A stretch of DNA of 62,780 bases, filler included, from Choristocarpus tenellus KU-1152 (taxonomy: Eukaryota; Protista; Phaeophyceae): assembly GCA_964200185.2 (NCBI GenBank). It is 10 parts of 10 records of this genome, joined end to end, with 100 filler letters (N's around TTAATTAATTAA, not from the genome) between each part and the next. Parts side by side here need not be neighbours in the genome. Positions count along the whole stretch, not along the records: positions 19,364 to 36,656 come from CAXNAD020000690.1; positions 36,757 to 40,018 come from CAXNAD020021189.1; 8 more parts are not named here. The stretch is one strand, 5' to 3'. Below the pieces are notes generated by a model. The model worked only from the letters and a program-made list of their open reading frames with translations, was not told the DNA's origin and ran no database searches. Each line of letters starts with the position of its first letter. Position 1 is the stretch's first letter. Below, piece by piece: positions 25,201-39,385 of this stretch. The position numbers and the translations under genes are program-made.

Positions 25201-27646
25201 ATAAGGGCTCAGTTAAGTTGGGAGACAAGAAGTTGTTGTTAGGTGTAGTTTCAGTCAAATATAAGTGTGGTCTGGAACACCATCAAATCTCAAGCCCTGG
25301 AAAACTATCAGTCACAGAACCTTGCAGTCACTCATTCCAACTCTGTTACTACTCTGTCAAGGATACCAAGTACTTCTATATAAGGGCATCCAATCTACCG
25401 ATAATGCAAATCCATGCAATACTGCGTCTGGGTAGAGAGTGAGTGATGTACATCTCATGTTGTCTTGGAATGATGCCACAACAAAGGCACCTCGATGTAG
25501 ATGCCTGTCAACCTTAAATGCATCTCATTTGGGAGAGTACACCACAGGCTACAGCCAACCTTGCACAAATAGAGACGGCTAGGAGTAGGGGTTGGGTTGT
25601 GAGACCCATCTACTGATCTTGACATACCTAGATAGCCACTCCGGGCTGTTCCTGAGCATCAGGCCTACTGCACCGCCTTGTGCCCATCCAACAAAACCAT
25701 CATTGTCTTCCGGATCCTCAACCGCCCTGTCTCCAGCACTGCCTCTACCCCAGCCTCTATCTCGACCCCTCCCCCGACCCCGGCCTCTACCCCTCCAGAA
25801 CCCCCTCCCCCTCCCAGCGGGGTTACGAGCAGCATCTCCAAGTCTGCGTATTTATGAAGCAGCTTGTAACTGTCATTGTTGTTGTTATATGCTGTTAGGT
25901 CTAGCACTGTAGAGCAGGATAAACGTGGCAGATGTACTCAGTGCTATGAACATCTGCACATGAGAGTGTACCACTTATCGAAAGCACAAACTAAGGTTGG
26001 CAGCAGCTCTCATAACGGTTAACGATTTAATAGTTAAGTTGTGTGTTACAACTCTGCAAGGTAAGGTCAGGATCGCCACTGGGCGTAGAACCCTGACCCT
26101 GGTGCAAGTGTTCAGCGCAACCACTCCAGACGTACACCGCTCTCAACCTTAACTCTAATCCACTATGTACTATTAATGTAACTATTTTTAGTACCAACAC
26201 AAGTAACTGCTTTGTTGTCTAGGACATCTTCTATGCAGAAGGCATTAGCAAGAAAATGAAGTCCTTGCCTTGCCTCACATGTGCTGAGCACCACCACAAC
26301 AGTTTGTGAGTGAATCAAGGCATTTGTGCATCCAGATCAATAGGTTCTATGTATATGTATATATATATATATGTATATGATACACGTGTATGTATGTATG
26401 TCTTGGCATTCGAAGCACGTGGCTTTCTTCACCTCAATGTGCACACCCCAAAAGGATACTCTCTCTCACAAACAACAAACAAGAGTACTCCAAGCCTACA
26501 GAGGAGAGCCCTTGCAACAATGGACCAACTGTGGTTTACAATGCCTACAATCCAATCGAACTCTTGAGACCTGAACATGGACTCTCAATCAAAGCACAAT
26601 GGACTGAAATTGACCAAAAAGGTTGGGGTGTAATCGGGAGAAGCCCACTGGAACTAGATTAAGCCCACAGTCAGGAAGACACCAGCAATGCCAGAAAATT
26701 GAAGGACTCGGAGAGCCCTCATTAACGGGATCTAGTGAGATCATGGCCGTGGGAGGGGTGCCATGAAGGGTCTATCGCAAGGGCCCATCGGTAAGCATCA
26801 ACAGTCCATCCATTAGCACATCATCACTTGGTTCCCGCCTGTATATTTCCATAGTGGTGTTTCAGCACACACAGCATCAAGGCCACAGTGTGGATGAACT
26901 AACTTCAAGTCCTTCCCCTGGTTATAGTCGTTGTGCAAGCACAAGCGCCATCTTCTCCAGTGGATCAAGGCCGAGCTGACATGGCAGTGCAGGGCCACGG
27001 CCTTCTGTAAAAGGGGGAAAATCAACCCATTGGCGTGCAGTGCAGCCCATGGCAAGCACCCGCAGGCACCAGTGCCCAAACAGTTGCTGAGTATCGATCA
27101 AGCAAGACTGGAACAACAAGCCCAGGTCTTCACCTCCAACAGAACTGCCAAATCACACCACACGGCTCTCTTGGCACAGTCTTGGCAATGATACTATCAA
27201 TGCTTTGGTCAGGATCGGGACAACACCTCACACCTAGCAAATACTTCCAAACGGGGAGAGCATTGATTATTCTAGACACGGCCTCCTTCCGGAAAACACG
27301 CCCTCCTTTCCATACAAATAGTCTTGACTCTACAGCGGTCCTGTGAACCAAACCAGGAAAAGGGCAACAAAAAATAAGACGAAATTCTTACCAAACATGT
27401 GCACATTGAGATACTGCTCTTGGTTCTCATGCTTCTGCTTTGAAGCTTTGCCTCAAAAGAAAGATCCCCCCATCCTCTTTTGTACTAGCATCCATTCACC
27501 CCGAAACAGTTTCACTCATCCCTCACCTCGACACAAGCTCCCTCCGACCGCCATCGACACACCTCAGTGCATCCTCTAGAAAGTTCAGGTCTTCAAAAAA
27601 AAAAGAGGTTATAATTGGGGGAAAGGATGGGTTGATGTACGCTTGT

Positions 27647-27683
<37 letters not shown>

Positions 27684-30600
27684 GTGAGGTGGTGGTTGGA
27701 ATGGGTATAAGGTCCTCTGCAATATTTTTCTCACTTTTCAAAACGTGACTACAGTGTAGTGGCATTTAAGATACTCAGAGCAAGAGTTGGAGCTAGGGCT
27801 ATGCATGGGGTTAGAGCAGCAACCCCTAACCATTTTTCATTTGTACAGTGTACTTACATGTGAGTTGGACGGTAAAACTAAGCCCACCTTGGTTGGGGTT
27901 TCGTTCAAGGGGTCAGCAAAATTAACCAGAGGGTCCAAATTACCTAGGGTAATAGCTTGGACAGGGAGGGCACAATCAATACACGGACCTAAGAAAAAAA
28001 TACACAACAGTGGCATCACAAGACAAGACACTCCACGACAGTCTTACGGGAGCTACCTGAACCCAGTCCCAACAAAGCAACTTAGTTCATCTAGCAAGCA
28101 TTGGTGTGTGCGTGCCACTAATAGGGTTGGGGTTAGGGTTAGGGTTAGGGTTAGTTAGGGGATGAGGGTGAGTACCAACGACATGCACTGGAGGTAGAAA
28201 AAAATACAACAGTACTCTTATCGATGCTTGGGGTTAGGATCGAAGGACATAGAAAAAGGGTCAAAGGACACATCACGCCATCGATGGCATGGAATACTGC
28301 TAGAGTTAGGGTTTGCAGGGTGAGAGAAGTAGGGTTAGGGATATTAAGACAACTTGAACATTAAGGAATTAAGTACTACTTGTTGGTGTGTCTCGTGGGT
28401 AGGGTCACACTAGTTTGAGCACTAGGATGGCAAATTGTGTGAAAGTCAACATACCATAAATACCATGGAAGAGCTATCTACACCCACTTTAAAAGGTCTA
28501 TGTCCCCACAAGCAGAGTCCCTAAGATACAGTACTGTACACACTGGATACAGGCGGATACAGATGTAGAAAACCACGTGTTTGGCAAGGGTATTGACACA
28601 AATAGGGGCCCCCTATTTCTGTCGCTAAACCTAACCCTACAAACCCAAAAAACACACTTGAATTATTTAAAGTGCACAGCAGCACAGTTCAAACTCAAAG
28701 AGATGGTTGCATCGTCAGCATCAGGGATCTGAAACACCACTGCATGCAGGGCAGTTAACAAATACTGCGGAGTACGGGAGGGGACATGGCTATCCTCTGA
28801 CATGGCTATCCTCTGGTATACCTCAAGGAACCGGAGCTGCATTCGTATCTTCCCAATCAATACACGGTGAGGAACAAGGACGGGGGGAGAGACAAACACA
28901 GGAACATTACAGTTTCACGCAGTGCATGACATAGTGAAACTTTAACATTACACTTTCACGTAGTGCATGACATAGGCAAACTTGAACATTACAGTTTCAC
29001 ATAGTGCATGACATAGGCAAACTTGAACATTACAGTTTCACATAGTGCATGACATAGGCAAACTTGAACATTACAGTTTCACGTAGTGCATTACATAGTG
29101 AAACTTCAACATTACAGTTTCACGTAGTGCATGACATAGGCAAACTTGAACATTACAGTTTCACGTAGTGCATGACATAGGCAAACTTGTGGCACTAACT
29201 CCAATCACCGGCATGAATACAAACATAAAAAAACGCCTCTGTAGTAGGTTGGAGGGTACTGTCTGAGTCGGTGCTAGGGTCAAGGGAGACTCACCACTTC
29301 GAAGATGTATGTCTGTGAAGGAAGACACGCGAATGTACTTAGTCCTATCCCGCTTGCCATTGCAACCCTCCTGCCAAAGAGGGTTTTTGTCGTAGAAGTA
29401 ATCAAGTTAGGGTATAGGAAGGTAGGGAAGGGCATGAACAAGACAACAATGGTGAAGGAGGACGCAAAAGTGAGGGAAGGGTGAGGACGCCATAAAAAGA
29501 GGGGAGGGTGGGATAGCACGATAGCCATCAAGGTGGCAAAGCGGTGAGTCAGGAGAGTAGCTGAGGATATTTCCATTGTGATAGTGGAGGGAGACATAAC
29601 ATATACCTTGATATTTCCATAACAAGGGCCAGGAGTGGCACCGTGCAACACCATGCATGTGAAGCTTAATGCATAGATAAGGAGTAAACACAACAGTAGT
29701 TGGCTCATGGATAAGACATGAAACAAAAACGGGAGGGGAGAGCTAGAAAGACTTGTGCACTAGAGTGGCATCGAGACTATTCTGCTGCCGAACACAAATA
29801 CGGCTTGTACAGTGTGTGCCATGGCAACTAAAAAAAAGGATGCCGTAATATGTCTGAAATATATTTACCACAAAGCGAGCTAAATCTGTCTTTATATAAA
29901 CCTCAGGAACTTGGTTCGTCCTTGCATAGAATACACAATACATAAGCAACAACTCAACTATCTCTACTTCCTTGCATGTACAAATATACTTGTTTTGAAA
30001 CTGACGGTACAGCTGAAAGGGGCCTCTTCTGAGATAACACCATCTCCCCAAAATGAGAACAGAACCCAAGACAAATCACACACAAGACAGTATGTATATA
30101 CTACTTTAGTACATGAATGCATGGATGGACAAGTGGGTGGGGTGGGTGAGTGATTGGGTAGATACTATCAAAAACCAATAAAGAACCTGCTCTATACCCA
30201 TGTTGACCAAATTTTATAGATGTTCATCATTGGGGTGGAGCAGTCACGGACTGGAAATTGATATGTTCCTCCAGGACAAGACAAAAATCCTTAACTATCT
30301 ACCGAGCAGTTGTATCAACTACTACAGACTACTGAATCTATTCAAGGTGTGTGGGAACAAGCTCCTAGAATCGGTTGGTAGATGGGTTAATATATTAGCA
30401 GAGTCAACAGGGACGACTGAGATCACCTCACAGTCTTACTTCTCCTATCATACATCACAAGAAGCCATTGGCAAATAAGTGAGGGCAGGAGTTTTGTATC
30501 TTTTTCCTAGAGGATGCCATCTCTACCAGAGTTGCAGCGGCAACTGAGGAGTGCACAAAACCTAACCAGCAAACACTCTAAAACGGTAAATTCATAATTG

Positions 30601-32244
30601 GAGTCGGTGAAAACATGTTGATATGTCTTTCTTACAGAATTGAGGCTGGTGTGGGACACACCTTCCTCGTAGTAGCAACTGTTGAAAAAACACAGTCTGT
30701 GTCACCAACCGGATGAACATCTATTGATCATTGTGTGTCACAGAAAATTGGAAAGTTCAGGGCTATAGGGTGAACATAGAAGGATTGACTTCTTGTGTTA
30801 GGTGTATCAACACACTTGACTGTAGACAGTCAAAAGCCGTTGCAAACAATCAATAGCACTTCGCGCATCCGTCACACCACCTGTCTACCTATACACTGAT
30901 CCCACCTCTTTCTTGTGCTTGAGGCAACACGATAGGCTGCAACTGAGCCTCCTGCACCTTGGGCAACAGTACCTGCGGTCGTGGATGCCACACACCTAAG
31001 GTTCAGGATTGGTCCTGGGGTTAGGGATAGGACTACCAGATGGAGACTGTGGAACTAGTACCGCTGTAACAATTCGATTATCTAGGATACTTTTGGTCTC
31101 GATGCACTAGATGTGTATCACCACCCACAGAACAAGCTTAGAGACGCTTCGTGTCATATTGAAGCATGCTGGCATGGGGTCACAAAAGCGAATATACAGG
31201 TAAAGATAGGGTCTACATGGTTGGAGGTGATACAGCTGGCTTTGTGAAAAATGTGTTCCACAAGATCTGTAGCTCGGAAAAAGGGGGGAGGTGCGTGTTT
31301 GGGGCTGGGGCTGGGGCTGGGGCTGGCATCACTTGTTATAGTCAACAGGCATACCGTAGGCTGCTGTAAGGGCTGACACCTCCGAAATATGGATGCTTTT
31401 TTAAGCAGGAAAGGTCTTGGAGAACAGAGTTAGAGATAGCCGACAGGAATACAACACAATCAATTCTCTCAAAATGTTTTGTTTGCTACCTAGGGACACT
31501 TGTCAATTGCAACCATTGAAGGGCCGAGCGCTGATCAAAGTGCCTGCAATATTCACTACGAATTGTATTATTTCCTACAATGCTGCAATACTGACGACAT
31601 CGAGGCTGAAAGCTGCTCTCTTGGCAAGGTGCTATCTACTTTCCACCTCTTTGAATGTGTAACAAACGCACCTCGCACTTCTTGACCTCCACCAAAGACG
31701 AGGTGACTTCTTCCACGCATCGATCTACTCCTGGTGATGTCCCATGCACCTTTCCCTTCGTCTTGTTAGGGACAGAAGTAGCTAAGTTAACCACTTCCAC
31801 TCCTATCTCTGTAGAGGCTGGTGCTTCTTCTGGGGTCCCTCCCACCCCATTTTTCGATGTACTAGCCTGTGCTACACTCTCCGCCTCCACCTTGATCAGC
31901 GATGTATTCGTGTTCGTGCCACGTGAGGGTTCGGCTAGACCTAATATCCTCTCCGTTAATCGATTATTTGATTCCAGTGGAGAGCAGTGTCTGTCATGTA
32001 CTAGTTCTTGACAAGAAGGAATCGCTTCTTGTCTAGTACAGGAAGCGGTGATACTGCCCACGTTGCAGTTGGAGTTGTCCCTCTCCTCCCCTTCGATAAC
32101 CTGCCCTTTTGCCCCTCTTCGAACATCCATGTCATCATTCTCTCTAACCCTCTTTCCACCGACCACAAGGGGCTCCAGGATTGACATAGTTGCCACAGAA
32201 GGCAAGGGTTTCAAGGATTGCGGTCGACTGTACAACACCACCAT
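22235..32244 (-). CDS. ZNHIT6: Box C/D snoRNA protein 1 (BCD1/ZNHIT6), complete. Exons 32244(or 32187)-31672, 30995-30906, 29370-29295, 27590-27527, 25843-25628, 24941-24182, 23327-22950, 22471-22235
   Basis: zf-HIT CEVC..RYCCPRCRRLSCSLSCCLKHKKEEGCNGKRDRT, then LRSDLNFLED, LMPKGMGRRESNTT, LSWRLEWSF, LKDKTVIEFPTVYV and an acidic tail. All seven introns are GT-AG with consistent phase. Confidence 0.93.
28122..28160. repeat. Interstitial telomere-like (TTAGGG)n in an intron
   Basis: TAGGGTTGGGGTTAGGGTTAGGGTTAGGGTTAGTTAGGG. Confidence 0.85.
28902..29188. repeat. Intronic minisatellite, 7 x 41 bp
   Basis: Unit GAACATTACAGTTTCACGTAGTGCATGACATAGGCAAACTT, head to tail with no spacers. Confidence 0.97.
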
Positions 32245-35200
32245 CCATAATACAACATCAATATATAATCAAATTCATAGCCCTAACCCCTTTTGTATCG
32301 CTGGCTCTCTCCTCCTTATTCCCTCGATTTACCTATTCCACATCCAAGTAAGAAATGAGTTGAGGGACGATTTTCCCTCTCTCCCAAAGTCCCATCGGAA
32401 TATCTTATGCAGTGTATGGTTTCTTGGGACCGTGATGGTATCATAGTTGCCATGATTGTGAAGGTCTCAATTGTGTCGATCGAATATGGTGGTGTACGGC
32501 GTTGGATTTGATTTTCTTATTATCATTGATTTGGAGGAAAAGATGTGCCAGGAAACCCTGACGGCAAACAAAAGTTGACCATACATGCCAAAGTCTTTCG
32601 TCGCCAGAACCATCAACACCAGTGCCAACCTTGGGGTAGAAAGAAAGAAAACGTAGTCCAGAACACCTTGCCCCAACTTTTCCCTCATTTTCGTCGCAGT
32701 TCGTTTAGATTAGAAGAAAATATCATCGGATTGGATGAGTTTGAGCTATGGGTATCGCAGTGATGGCGGTTTTAAAGGACTTAGACATAGGTGGACAAGA
32801 AGTCTGGAATGTCAGGTCAGAGCTCTTTCTCATGTGGTAGGTCTCCAGTCGGATGTACTCCTTTCCTGGTTAAAGGCATCAAAATAGGGTGGTGCCGGCG
32901 AAGGAACTCGTCATGGCATTGCCATCCCTCCTACACCTGGATATGAAGAAATGTATTCAGGAGAGGTTGATGAGGGAGTAAGTGGTCTTGGTGACAATGA
33001 TCTAGGATCAGATGGAGAGGAATGTGTTCTGCTGTCGGCAGCGTTCACAGCAACTACATCGACTTGGGACTGCAGGATTGCAAGAGGTCTTCCACCTATT
33101 ACACATCAGCAGTAGTAGCGCAAAGGAGAGTTTTGATTTATGTCACTGTACTAATTACACCCAAACATTTAGGAATCAAGTCGACAGAACACAAACATCA
33201 CTCCAAGAGAGCAACACCCGAGAGGGAGAAAACCACTTTCTTGTGGTTGCGTGATGTATCCTTGGCTGACACATGAGTAACAGAGTTGAAGGCAAGAGTT
33301 AGGAGGAGAATGATCGATTATAGGGTGGGATGGTGGAGTGACATTGGAACCCCCCTGTCTTCAGGAGTCACCCTGGTCTTGGGGAACCACTCACTGCTGT
33401 CATACTTTTTCACCTGTTCAAACGAAGGTTAGGGGGGGTCTTCACACATAGGTCAGGGTAGGGACTAGGATTAGGTTAGGTTTTCGAAAATGTGTGTGGA
33501 AAAGTTTTAAGTGGTGGATCCTCAAGAGGTGGTGGTTACTTTGTACACATTGTACAATTGCACCACCTCTACGATGTTTACTTGGCTGGTAAGGGATATC
33601 ACACACAAGTTAGGGCTAAGCTTAGTCTTTGGGGTTAGTGATAGGGTTAGGTTCTCCAAAATGCGTCCAAAAAAGGTGAAAAAAAAATTACAGTGGTGGT
33701 TCCTGAAGACAGATTCGAGAGGGACAGTGGGGCAGTATATTCCATCATCATCTGGGGTGGACACCCAGCAGGCGAGATGTGAAAAGTGATGGGGGCAGAC
33801 CATCATGGGAGTTCCTTGTGGGATCCATAATATCCTAAAAGGTGGAGCAAGTGTCCATTCGGGGCCTTTGTGACCCTGTAGTGATTTTCATGTCATTTGA
33901 GTGAACGTGTCAGATGAAAGGGTTTCCATTTTCTGGACACACCTTCCTCTTCCATCCCCCGGCCTGGACCAAATCTGAAGGAAAATCACTCTCATAACAG
34001 GCATCAAACGTAATTACTTTATATCATTCCCGAATGGATGAACTGACCTAATTGGACCTGGAGGGTGCCTGACTGCAGCAGGTATTGCCACATCCAGTAC
34101 CACAGTGGCAAATATGATACATGAAGTGAATGACGCATAGCAAAGAAGGCTTGGTCGATTTTGACATGTGTACTTGCGGATCACCCAGTGTCGATTCTGC
34201 ACAAGATCCTTGGCAAGCTGCCAAAACTATATTCTTCGTTGGAAGCTGCTATTGAATGCAGCAACCAGGACAAGAACTTTGCAGAAGGTGGGCAACAAGA
34301 TCAGCTTGAGTTTCGAAGACCTTGATAAGCGAAGGAGAGCAATGGTTCAAGGTTAGATTGGTGCCAGGCACTACTAGCAGTTACAGGAAGGAATCACCAG
34401 GGTAAAGATACTATCCATTCCTCTCACGCTTTGAAGAAGTTTGCTTGAGCTTGGTCATTTGCATACCACCCTCCAGCCAGCACACTACAGGATGGAAGGA
34501 CTTCTGAGGCAGTGTCCAACAAATGGGTTGTGTATGAAGATGCTAAATTGTTTACATTGGCAGGTAAATCAAGTGCAACTTGGGGTGGCACTGCCTCTGC
34601 TGCTGTGAGGGTTTTTTCAGCCGCCAAGGGTGGTGTAGACATCACGGCTTGTCAGATGATGAATGTACATTCCTTGTCATATGGTTGCACCTTACGATTG
34701 GTAGCAAAACGATTGAGGAGACTGAACAATACCAATGTGATACCGATATGATTATGTTGTCATAATCAAGTACAGTACTCTCATCTTTAAAATGAGGTGG
34801 CGGCAATCAGGCTGAAGTAGGACATGATCCAGAGATATCCCATTTCCCTTTGCTGACCCAATTGTGTATTGGACCCTTTCCTGTTGACAAGTGCAAGTCT
34901 GCTCATTACTGCGAACCTCAACAGGCAGTAACCGTTCTTATCCAACACATCTTGTCCACATGGCCCAGGGATCTCCAGTCGTGATCCCCCCTTCCCTCAT
35001 CTTTATTTTCCAGTCAGTCCGAGCATTTGTGTTGATCACAATAAAAAATCATTATTGGGGGGAGTCAGAAGCACCACAGTATTTAACTTCTACCAGAAAG
35101 CATCCTTGCCCGACTCTAGAAGACTTCTTCTGTTGGAGCATATCCCACAACAAGGGTAATCCCTGTGGAACTGCCTGTCATCATCAGTCAGACCTTCATC

Positions 35201-36417
35201 ATACATTCATCAAGGTACTTACTTCATGGGTAGCCTCTTGCAGGATTGGTCCCTTTACTGTCAAACTCACTCCATGATTACCCCCTTGACCTTCTCTCCC
35301 ACTGAAGGAAACCTTATACTTGGGCTCAGTGAGCTCAAGGCTGGAAATCCCACCTCTGTTACAGGCGAACAGCGCGAGCATTTCTTCTTGTGTTCTAACA
35401 AAGTGCGTGGAGCAGTTGCATAGAAGACCAAAGAAATTGGGTGGATGATGAAAATAATAAGAGGGCTTTAGGTCAAAACGCTTTTACCCCTCTTACCAGC
35501 CTTTTTATCTTGAACGAAACTTCGAGTCGAGCTTTGAGATAAGCACTGAGTGGAATATCAAGAGAGGAGACTATCTGACACCCTACAAACTGCTACCAAG
35601 GGCAACGTCCCCATAGCGTCGTTTTAAGGTAGTTGGATTTGAGTTACACATCCTGTGGAGGTGAGTTCAGGGGCATGCTGTAACACCTCTTCTTGTCTCT
35701 TGTAGCGCAATCACATCGCATCGACAAGCCCAGGCCCATAGCAGTAAGATTGCCGCATGACCTGCTCCGTTCCTGCCTTTCACAACCATGGTTTGAACAT
35801 TCCAGGTGGGCCACAGTCAGCTATCTGTTGCGGGATTTCTGGCCCCTAACAATAATAGATGGTGTACACAGGGCAGAATGGTCCCTCCTTTCTCTTTCGA
35901 AAATCTCCATTTCACTTCCCCTTCCTCTCTATCTGAAGACTACACCCATACGTGTTATAAAACACCCCATAGCTTACCTCCACGGAATATGTAGCTCCAG
36001 TACACAAGGCTATAGGTGGTGCTGATGCCTGTAGAGGACGCCTGAGGTATACCGATAGCCTCATGACCAGCAAGAATGGTATGTATCAGGTCAACAGATG
36101 AAGGTGTAGTTCTTTTCAAAGTGAATGTATGTCAAACAGAAATCAAGAACTGAAGCTTATGGGCAATCTCAGTCCTTGAAATCTGTTCTTATTGGGTTTT
36201 CAGACGCCATAATACATCTAAAACCTTTGCTTTATTCTAAGTTACAGGGTTTACACTTCAACTATAGCGAGCCGGACTTCCCCATTTGGGAGATCCGCGC
36301 ACACATACTCCTCCCACTGATTAGAGCGCGAGAAGAAACACTTCCTATACGCGCCTGTATCATGCCTCTATCTTGTGGCACTATCATATATTTTTTGCCA
36401 TTGGATGACAAGTCAAT

Positions 36418-36590
36418 GGATCAAAACATATGGGGGGGGTGGCGGCTCTCCGTTTGGGCCCCAATTTTCAATGTCGCGGTTTTTGGGCGATTTGGTTGCA
36501 TGCACCAGATGGATAATGTAAGTTCACTTCTCCTGGTCAGGGCCAAAATGGACACCCTGGTGTAGATCCCCCCCCCCCCCCCCCCAGTAA
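36418..36590 (+). mobile_element. Family-2 MITE, diverged copy
   Basis: Body matches 5635-5820 (TTTGGTTGCAT...GGCCAAAATGGACACCCTGGTGTAGA-polyC). TIRs are degenerate. Confidence 0.75.
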
Positions 36591-38097
36591 ATTACAACAA
36601 AAAATTAAAAAAAAATTAAAACTCCAAAAGTGTTTCCCCGGGGGACCCGGTTCAAANNNNNNNNNNNNNNNNNNNNNNNNNNNNNNNNNNNNNNNNNNNN
36701 TTAATTAATTAANNNNNNNNNNNNNNNNNNNNNNNNNNNNNNNNNNNNNNNNNNNNGATCTGTCCCTACCATACATGAACTACCATACATGAACGTTGTG
36801 TAGAGCTCAACTGAAATATACGGAAATATATATCTGGCTCTACCTTTCCTCCATTACTTCACCACCAGTAGTGGTGTCTGTATTTCCTAATCTACTCCAC
36901 CGATGGTGTCTATAGTGTATCAGCAGCACTATCTACGAACAAACCACGCCGCCACAGAGTCATACAATTCACACATATTTCTATATTTGAAGTTCTAAGT
37001 TTGGCTTGACAATATTGATTTCTTTATTGTTTGAAAAAAATCGACATAATTCAGACATATCCTATTCGCATTATTTGTAAAATTGTACGAATTCTGCATG
37101 TACTTGGTAGCATCCTTAAAATGCAACTCGCTACCTCTCGCCTCCAGCCTTGCCCACTCCCTGAAGCATTCCCCTCCCTCTCAAGAATGTCGTCCCACTT
37201 TAACATACTGTAGGGAGGCGGAGGCTGACTCATCCCTTGACCGTTTCACCATCACCATCACTCTGTGTCTTCTTGGCTTCTTCTGAGGACCTCACTGCTT
37301 GTCAACGTTGCCACACAAACTATATTCTCCACTATTGGCTTATCCCCGAGGTACTATTTCTGTTTCTCTTGGTTGAGTCATTCCTGAGTCTTCGTGACGC
37401 TGTTGGGAGGGCTCGCCAGCGCTGGTATAAAGGCTAGCCAATGACTCTTCGGAATCACCCCGAAGCAGCATCTCTCACATCCCTGTCCTTGCTGGACTAG
37501 AAAAAAATGTTTGCGCGCTGCATGACTAGGCGAAAGGAAGTGAATTAAGTTCTTGATGAGTATTAATTAGATACTTCCTTGACTAACTATTGATTTGTGT
37601 TGTCTTGTGTGATGTTATTTCTAGTAAACCTTTTCACGCCAACACCTGCTGCACATACATAATAATCACATTACAGCGAGTAGGTATCTTCATGGCTGAG
37701 TGAATAATACTGAAGTGATACCAGTAACTTCGCCCTCTGTAGCAATCTTGATTTTTTTTCTCCAGAACATCCCAACAGATATAAAACAATGTATATGTCA
37801 AATGAAAGAGTATGACCAGAGCTTTTGAAGGTTATAGTGGATTTTGTGTAAGCTTCGGAGAACGGGAGCTATGTCCCGATCAAATAATGGAAAAAACGCG
37901 GGGGAATATCTCCGGGACAATTTTGAAGGTCACGACTTCAAAAGATGCAAAAATGAAGTGGTTAGCTGAACTCCTTCTAGAAAACTGGTATGGGTTAGAT
38001 CCCTGTCCAAGTTTGGCTGGTGAGATGTTCCCAAAAATAATTTCAAGATTTCCAGACATCTGTTTAACGCCTTTTGCAGACTTAACGTAACAGGAAC

Positions 38098-39385
38098 ATG
38101 AACCGTGATGGTGAGACAAGCAGAGCCGCCGGAGCCAGACTGCCCCCTGGATCTACCCTCGGCACCTTCTCTGTCGAGAGGACTAGGAAAAGCAAGTACC
38201 GTGTGACACTCAGTGCAATGTTAGGTGACGATAAAGTGCGAGTAGTGTGGCGCAGCAGCATGATCAAATCGCAAAATGGATCACGCGGTCGCGACACTGA
38301 CGCTGAGAGAAGATGCATTGAAAGAATTACCACACAAACGCGGTTGGATCTTCAACCACGTCGGAGAACTGCTCTACAGTCTCTGCCACCTCGGCAAAAC
38401 GGGGAGAGAGCGGTGAGTCCATCACCAGGTGGTACAGTGAAGTCTGTGGGGAAGCCTGGTCACGGCGGGCGAAGGAAACATAATGGCCGTCCGAAGGGAA
38501 GATTGGGGAAGAGAGCAGTACGACTGCGTGCCATTGCACTCAGGAAACGCCTAAGCGACAACCCAGGTGTAGAATATCTTAGTAGTCGACAGTTGCAGTA
38601 GGCCCTGGTTGTTTGGAGCAGACCCTGGCTGTTTGGAAGCTGTGCGAGCCGGAGTGGCTTAAGGAAACGAGAAGTAAGGTGTTAGGGTTAGGCTACAAGG
38701 ACTCTGAAGCCCGAAAGAAGGTCGAAAGGGATCGCAAGGCGGAGGAAAAAGCGATCGTAACAAAGGCAGCTGTGAAGACTTTTTGATACCACCAAATCCT
38801 TAGAAGAGGTCGCGAAGCAGATGGAGGTAGCCATCGACAAGGACGCCAGGGAAGAAAAGGAGATGAGATTGAGACTATTGGCACACCAATGGTTTGGTGC
38901 TTCCCATTTCTTGCAAGATGCCGTACATTCACTTTTGTTCCTGTCTTTGGGGTTGGACGCATAAAGTCGATTAAGACTTTCTCCCAGCCTGTATTCATTC
39001 ACAATTTTCGATCAACTCAAGTCTGTCCTCCCTCACCCTTGCACCTTGATGATAAAATATCACCCGTCCAGGAAGCACGGACAACACCCATTTCCGGCGC
39101 TCAACAAGTAAATGTGATAGATAAGACTAACACTGTGAATCCTGTACGTGTGTATGAACGACGGGAGAGACCTTCAAACGGCGCTCGAGATGGCAGCAGG
39201 ATATGCGATGGTCAGGCCGGAAACTGTGAGTGAATGGGAGAGAGACTTCCTAACTAAGAGCCAAATCAAGGTGTTGGAGCAAGGGCGTTATGAGAGGCGT
39301 TTCGTCCTGGGCCTCGACGAGGACATCCTTACCGAGGTTAAAGAGTGGGTGCGCGAACACACAGGAAGAAAGGGTGGGGACGCTT
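38098..39385 (+). pseudogene. Disrupted N-terminal region of a DDE (IS630/Tc1-related) transposase-like gene, truncated at ~39385
   Basis: Basic ORF 38098-38601 with a stop/frameshift, continuing as a charged helical segment to ~38890. Then VRPETVSEWERDF...EQGRYERRFVLGLDEDILTEVKEWVREHTGRKG, an HTH-like 'TV..W' plus 'DED....WxR' pattern recalled from eukaryotic DDE transposases. No catalytic domain is present. Confidence 0.5.

Noticed and set aside
28902-29188. CRISPR-like array
   Set aside because: Head-to-tail 41-bp units with no unique spacers, inside a eukaryotic intron, and no cas genes.
32467-32763. Gene next to the ZNHIT6 5' end
   Set aside because: Short ORFs on both strands with no motif and no resolvable splice chain.
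34100-34250. CTCGSP as a MULE SWIM finger
   Set aside because: The second CxH half and any transposase context are missing.
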